NCBI GenBank assembly: GCA_036564845.1
Contig: DATCOF010000331.1
Location: forward strand, 944-64,943
Direction: 5' to 3'
DNA: 64,000 nucleotides
DNA from: Chitinophagaceae bacterium
GTDB taxonomy: Bacteria; Bacteroidota; Bacteroidia; Chitinophagales; Chitinophagaceae
Made by a program: the position numbers and the translations under genes. Numbering within the stretch: position 1 is the stretch's first letter; the number at the start of each line of letters is the position of its first letter. The notes below the pieces were generated by a model, which saw only the letters and a list, made by a program, of their open reading frames with translations, was not told the origin of the DNA and did not search any database. Positions 59,939 through 64,000 of this stretch are shown here, piece after piece.

Positions 59939-62900
59939 ATGCAAAAAAAAGAAAATCGTCCACGTCCAACGTTTTCTCAGATTACAATTGGTTTGGCTTC
60001 GCCTGATTCTATTTTAGAAAGAAGTTATGGTGAAGTTTTAAAGCCTGAAACTATTAACTACCGTACTTACAAACCTGAAAGAGATGGTTTGTTTTGCGAA
60101 AGAATTTTTGGGCCTGTAAAAGATTATGAGTGTGCCTGCGGAAAGTACAAACGTATCCGTTACAAGGGTATTGTTTGCGACCGTTGCGGTGTTGAGGTTA
60201 CAGAGAAAAAAGTTCGTCGTGAAAGAATGGGACACATCAAATTGGTAGTGCCTGTTGTTCACATTTGGTATTTTAAATCTCTTCCAAATAAAATTGGTTA
60301 TTTGTTGGGTATGAGCTCTAAGAAATTAGAGACCATCGTGTATTATGAAAGATTCGTGGTGATACAATCAGGTATCCGTGCTGATAAAGGACAAAATTAT
60401 TCTGATCTTTTAACGGAAGAAGAATACCTGGATATTTTGGATACACTTCCAAAAGATAACCAACATTTGCCTGATGAAGATCCTGATAAATTTATTGCAA
60501 AGATGGGTGCGGAAGCAGTTCATGATATGTTGCAACGAATCGATCTTGATCAATTGTCTTTCGATCTTCGTAATGCAGCAGCAACAGAAACATCTCAACA
60601 ACGTAAGGCAGATGCATTAAAGCGTCTTTCTGTTGTAGAAAGTTTCCGTGATGCAAATACAAGAATTAACAACCGTCCTGAGTGGATGGTAATGCAATAT
60701 ATTCCTGTTATTCCACCGGAGCTTCGTCCTCTTGTTCCTTTGGATGGTGGCCGTTTTGCATCATCTGATCTTAATGATCTTTATCGCCGTGTTATCATTC
60801 GTAACAACCGTTTAAAAAGATTATTAGAGATCAAAGCGCCTGAAGTAATACTTAGAAATGAAAAAAGGATGTTGCAGGAAGCAATCGATTCATTGTTTGA
60901 TAATTCACGTAAATCAAATGCTGTAAAAGCAGAAGGTGGCCGTGCATTGAAATCTTTGAGTGATGTATTAAAAGGTAAGCAGGGACGTTTCCGTCAGAAT
61001 CTTTTGGGTAAGCGTGTTGATTACTCAGGTCGTTCTGTAATTGTGGTAGGACCGGAATTAAAAATGCACGAATGTGGTTTGCCGAAAGACATGGCTGCAG
61101 AATTATTCAAGCCATTTATAATACGCAAGCTTATTGAAAGAGGTATTGTAAAAACAGTAAAGAGTGCAAGAAAATTAGTTGATAAAAAAGAAGCGATCAT
61201 TTGGGATATTCTTGAAAATATTTTAAAAGGGCATCCTATCATGTTGAACAGGGCTCCAACACTTCACCGTTTGTCAATCCAAGCTTTCCAGCCAAAATTG
61301 ATCGAAGGTAAAGCGATACAATTGCACCCGTTGGTAACAACAGCGTTCAACGCGGATTTTGATGGTGATCAGATGGCAGTTCACGTGCCTTTGAGCAACG
61401 CCGCAGTATTGGAAGCGCAGGTTTTGATGTTGTCTTCACACAACATTTTAAATCCTCAGAATGGTACACCAATAACCCTTCCTTCACAGGACATGGTATT
61501 GGGATTGTATTATATCACTAAAGGAAAAAAATCAACTCCTGAATTAAAAGTAAAAGGCGAAGGGAAATCATTCTATTCTCCTGAAGAAGTTATCATCGCT
61601 TATAATGAGCAGGTGATAGATTTGCATGCTAACATAAAAGTAAAAGTGAATGTTCGTAATGACGATGGCACTTTTCAAAATAAACTTTTAGAAACAACAG
61701 TTGGCCGTGTAATATTTAACCAGCATGTACCAAAAGGCGCAGGTTATATAAATGCATTGCTTACTAAAAAAGCGTTGAGAGAAATTATTGGTGACATTAT
61801 TAAATGGACCAATATTCCTGCAACTGCAAAATTCCTGGATGATATTAAAACACTTGGATTCCGTATGGCATTCCGTGGTGGATTATCATTCAACATCAAC
61901 GATCTTATTATTCCTGATACAAAACAGGAAATGATAGATAATGCAACAGGAGAAGTTGATGAAGTTTGGGATAACTACAACTCAGGTTTAATTACAAATA
62001 ACGAACGTTACAATGGTATCATTGATATCTGGAGCCGTGTTGATACACGTCTTACAGAAACTTTGATCCGTGAACTTGCAGCAGATAAACAGGGTTTCAA
62101 TTCTGTTTACATGATGCTTGACTCGGGTGCGAGGGGTTCTAAACAACAGATCAAACAGCTTGCAGGTATCAGGGGTTTGATGGCCAAGCCACGTAAATCA
62201 GGTAGTTCAGGAAGTGAGATCATTGAAAACCCGATTCTTTCCAACTTTAAAGATGGACTGAATGTATTGGAATATTTTATCTCTACGCACGGTGCCCGTA
62301 AAGGTCTTGCGGATACAGCATTAAAAACTGCAGATGCCGGTTATCTTACAAGAAGATTGGTTGACGTTGCACAGGATGTTGTTATCCTTGATGAAGATTG
62401 CGGAACACTGCGTGGTATTGCAACTTCAGCATTAAAAGATAATGAAGATGTGATTGAACCATTGTTGGACAGGATAGTTGGCAGAACATCATTGCATAAT
62501 GTTTTCAATCCTGTAAATGATGAGATAATTGTAGAAGCAGGTGTAGAAATAACAGATGAAATTGCGCAGAAGATTGATGAGGCAGGCGTTGAAACAGTTG
62601 AGATACGTTCTGTACTAACCTGCGAAGCAAAGCGTGGTGTTTGTGTAAAATGTTATGGTAAGAATTTAGCTTCAGGATATACCGCACAGCGTGGTGATTC
62701 AGTAGGAATTATTGCAGCACAATCAATCGGTGAACCGGGAACACAGTTAACACTGCGTACGTTCCACGTGGGTGGTGTGGCAGGTTCTGCATCTGTTGAA
62801 TCAACATTAGTTGCAAAGTTTGATGGTACTGTTCAGTTCGATGGTTTAAGAATTGTTGATGCAGTTGCTAATGATAAATCAAAAATAAAAGTTGTTATTG

Positions 62901-64000
62901 GCCGTACTGGTGAAGTAAGAATTATGGATGTGAAGAATGATCGTTTGTTAATTACAAACAACATTCCTTACGGTGCAACTTTAAATGTAAAAGATGGTCA
63001 GAAAGTAGTTAAGGGTGATATACTTTGCACATGGGATCCGTTCAACAATGTTATCGTTTCTGAAATTGATGGTAACGTTAAGTTTGAGCATATTGTAGAA
63101 GGTATTACCTATCGTGAAGAAGCTGATGAGCAAACAGGTCACAGGGAAAAAGTGGTTATCGAAACAAAAGATAAAGCACGTATCCCATCATTGATCATCG
63201 AAAATAAAAAAGAAAGCAAAGGCTATAATTTACCTGTAGGTTCTCACATCATCATGGAAGAGCAGGAAGAAGTAAAAGCCGGCCAGGTGGTTGTAAAAAT
63301 TCCACGTGTGTTAGGAAAGCTTCGTGATATCACAGGTGGTTTGCCAAGAGTAACAGAATTATTTGAAGCAAGAAATCCCGGTAACCCTGCAGTAGTTTCT
63401 GAGATCGATGGTGTGGTTTCTTTCGGTAACATCAAGCGTGGTAACAGGGAAATAATTGTGGAAGCAAGAGATGGTGTTGTTAGAAAATATCTTGTTCCGC
63501 TTACCCGCCAGATTCTTGCACAGGATGGTGACTTTATAAAAGCAGGTATCGCATTGAGCGACGGGCAGATTGCTCCCGCAGATATTTTGTCTATCAAAGG
63601 TCCGTTTGCAGTACAGGAATATGTTGTAAATGAAATTCAGGAAGTTTACAGATTACAAGGTGTAAAAATAAATGATAAGCACATCGAAGTTATTGTTAGG
63701 CAGATGATGCGTAAGGTAACTATCGAAGATGCAGGTGATACAAAATTCTTGGAAGGAGATACAGAAGACCGTTACGATTTTAATGTTGAGAACGACTGGA
63801 TCTTTGATAAAAAAGTTGTTACAGAAGCAGGTGATTCTCAAAAGATGAGACCGGGACAAATTATTACACTTCGTGAAGTAAGAGAAGAGAATTCAATTTT
63901 ACGCCGTGCTGATAAAACAGTAGTTGAGTTCCGTGATGCAAGGCCGGCAACATCTTCACCGTTGTTGTTGGGTATTACAAAAGCATCATTGGGTACACAT
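59939..64000 (+). CDS. rpoC: DNA-directed RNA polymerase beta' subunit (runs off the window)
   Basis: Hand translation [10 protein letters not shown]...[19 protein letters not shown] and [10 protein letters not shown]. The frame at the window end reads [13 protein letters not shown]. Absent from the ORF track because there is no stop. Confidence 0.98.
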   Translation, partial: MQKKENRPRPTFSQITIGLASPDSILERSYGEVLKPETINYRTYKPERDGLFCERIFGPVKDYECACGKYKRIRYKGIVCDRCGVEVTEKKVRRERMGHIKLVVPVVHIWYFKSLPNKIGYLLGMSSKKLETIVYYERFVVIQSGIRADKGQNYSDLLTEEEYLDILDTLPKDNQHLPDEDPDKFIAKMGAEAVHDMLQRIDLDQLSFDLRNAAATETSQQRKADALKRLSVVESFRDANTRINNRPEWMVMQYIPVIPPELRPLVPLDGGRFASSDLNDLYRRVIIRNNRLKRLLEIKAPEVILRNEKRMLQEAIDSLFDNSRKSNAVKAEGGRALKSLSDVLKGKQGRFRQNLLGKRVDYSGRSVIVVGPELKMHECGLPKDMAAELFKPFIIRKLIERGIVKTVKSARKLVDKKEAIIWDILENILKGHPIMLNRAPTLHRLSIQAFQPKLIEGKAIQLHPLVTTAFNADFDGDQMAVHVPLSNAAVLEAQVLMLSSHNILNPQNGTPITLPSQDMVLGLYYITKGKKSTPELKVKGEGKSFYSPEEVIIAYNEQVIDLHANIKVKVNVRNDDGTFQNKLLETTVGRVIFNQHVPKGAGYINALLTKKALREIIGDIIKWTNIPATAKFLDDIKTLGFRMAFRGGLSFNINDLIIPDTKQEMIDNATGEVDEVWDNYNSGLITNNERYNGIIDIWSRVDTRLTETLIRELAADKQGFNSVYMMLDSGARGSKQQIKQLAGIRGLMAKPRKSGSSGSEIIENPILSNFKDGLNVLEYFISTHGARKGLADTALKTADAGYLTRRLVDVAQDVVILDEDCGTLRGIATSALKDNEDVIEPLLDRIVGRTSLHNVFNPVNDEIIVEAGVEITDEIAQKIDEAGVETVEIRSVLTCEAKRGVCVKCYGKNLASGYTAQRGDSVGIIAAQSIGEPGTQLTLRTFHVGGVAGSASVESTLVAKFDGTVQFDGLRIVDAVANDKSKIKVVIGRTGEVRIMDVKNDRLLITNNIPYGATLNVKDGQKVVKGDILCTWDPFNNVIVSEIDGNVKFEHIVEGITYREEADEQTGHREKVVIETKDKARIPSLIIENKKESKGYNLPVGSHIIMEEQEEVKAGQVVVKIPRVLGKLRDITGGLPRVTELFEARNPGNPAVVSEIDGVVSFGNIKRGNREIIVEARDGVVRKYLVPLTRQILAQDGDFIKAGIALSDGQIAPADILSIKGPFAVQEYVVNEIQEVYRLQGVKINDKHIEVIVRQMMRKVTIEDAGDTKFLEGDTEDRYDFNVENDWIFDKKVVTEAGDSQKMRPGQIITLREVREENSILRRADKTVVEFRDARPATSSPLLLGITKASLGTH

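Overview
This is an AT-rich chromosomal window from a Bacteroidota bacterium, most likely Chitinophagaceae-like. That call rests on TAnnTTTG promoters, the rpsU-xerC-hpf-tRNA-tuf gene order and T9SS genes. (1) Positions 1-26.5 kb form an amino-acid biosynthesis supercluster: metY-metX on the minus strand, hisGDCBHAF(IE) on the plus strand, and leuACDB-ilvEDBNCA-thrABC on the minus strand. Between metY and hisG are two unannotated leader peptides, one Cys/Met-rich and one His-rich, each with a hairpin. (2) Positions 26.7-32.5 kb are a variable region with a 515-aa helical protein divergent from leuA, small hypothetical proteins, an Ivy-like lipoprotein and a stand-alone nuclease-methyltransferase fusion. 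(3) Positions 32.6-47.9 kb hold tyrS, a PorV-like/PorU-like C25 pair, an acyltransferase, HscA, a YfhO-like/methyltransferase/GT2 trio and riboflavin synthase. (4) Positions 48-64 kb hold rpsU, xerC, hpf, five tRNAs, tuf, secE, nusG, a DUF4920-like gene, rplKAJL, rpoB and a partial rpoC. The most striking unexplained pattern is a ~33-bp palindromic element in six copies. Three copies are read in frame inside HisF, LeuC and HscA. Several other short-repeat families sit at operon junctions. No CRISPR array, rRNA, IS transposase or prophage was seen. All calls come from reading the sequence and recalling motifs; no database search was run.
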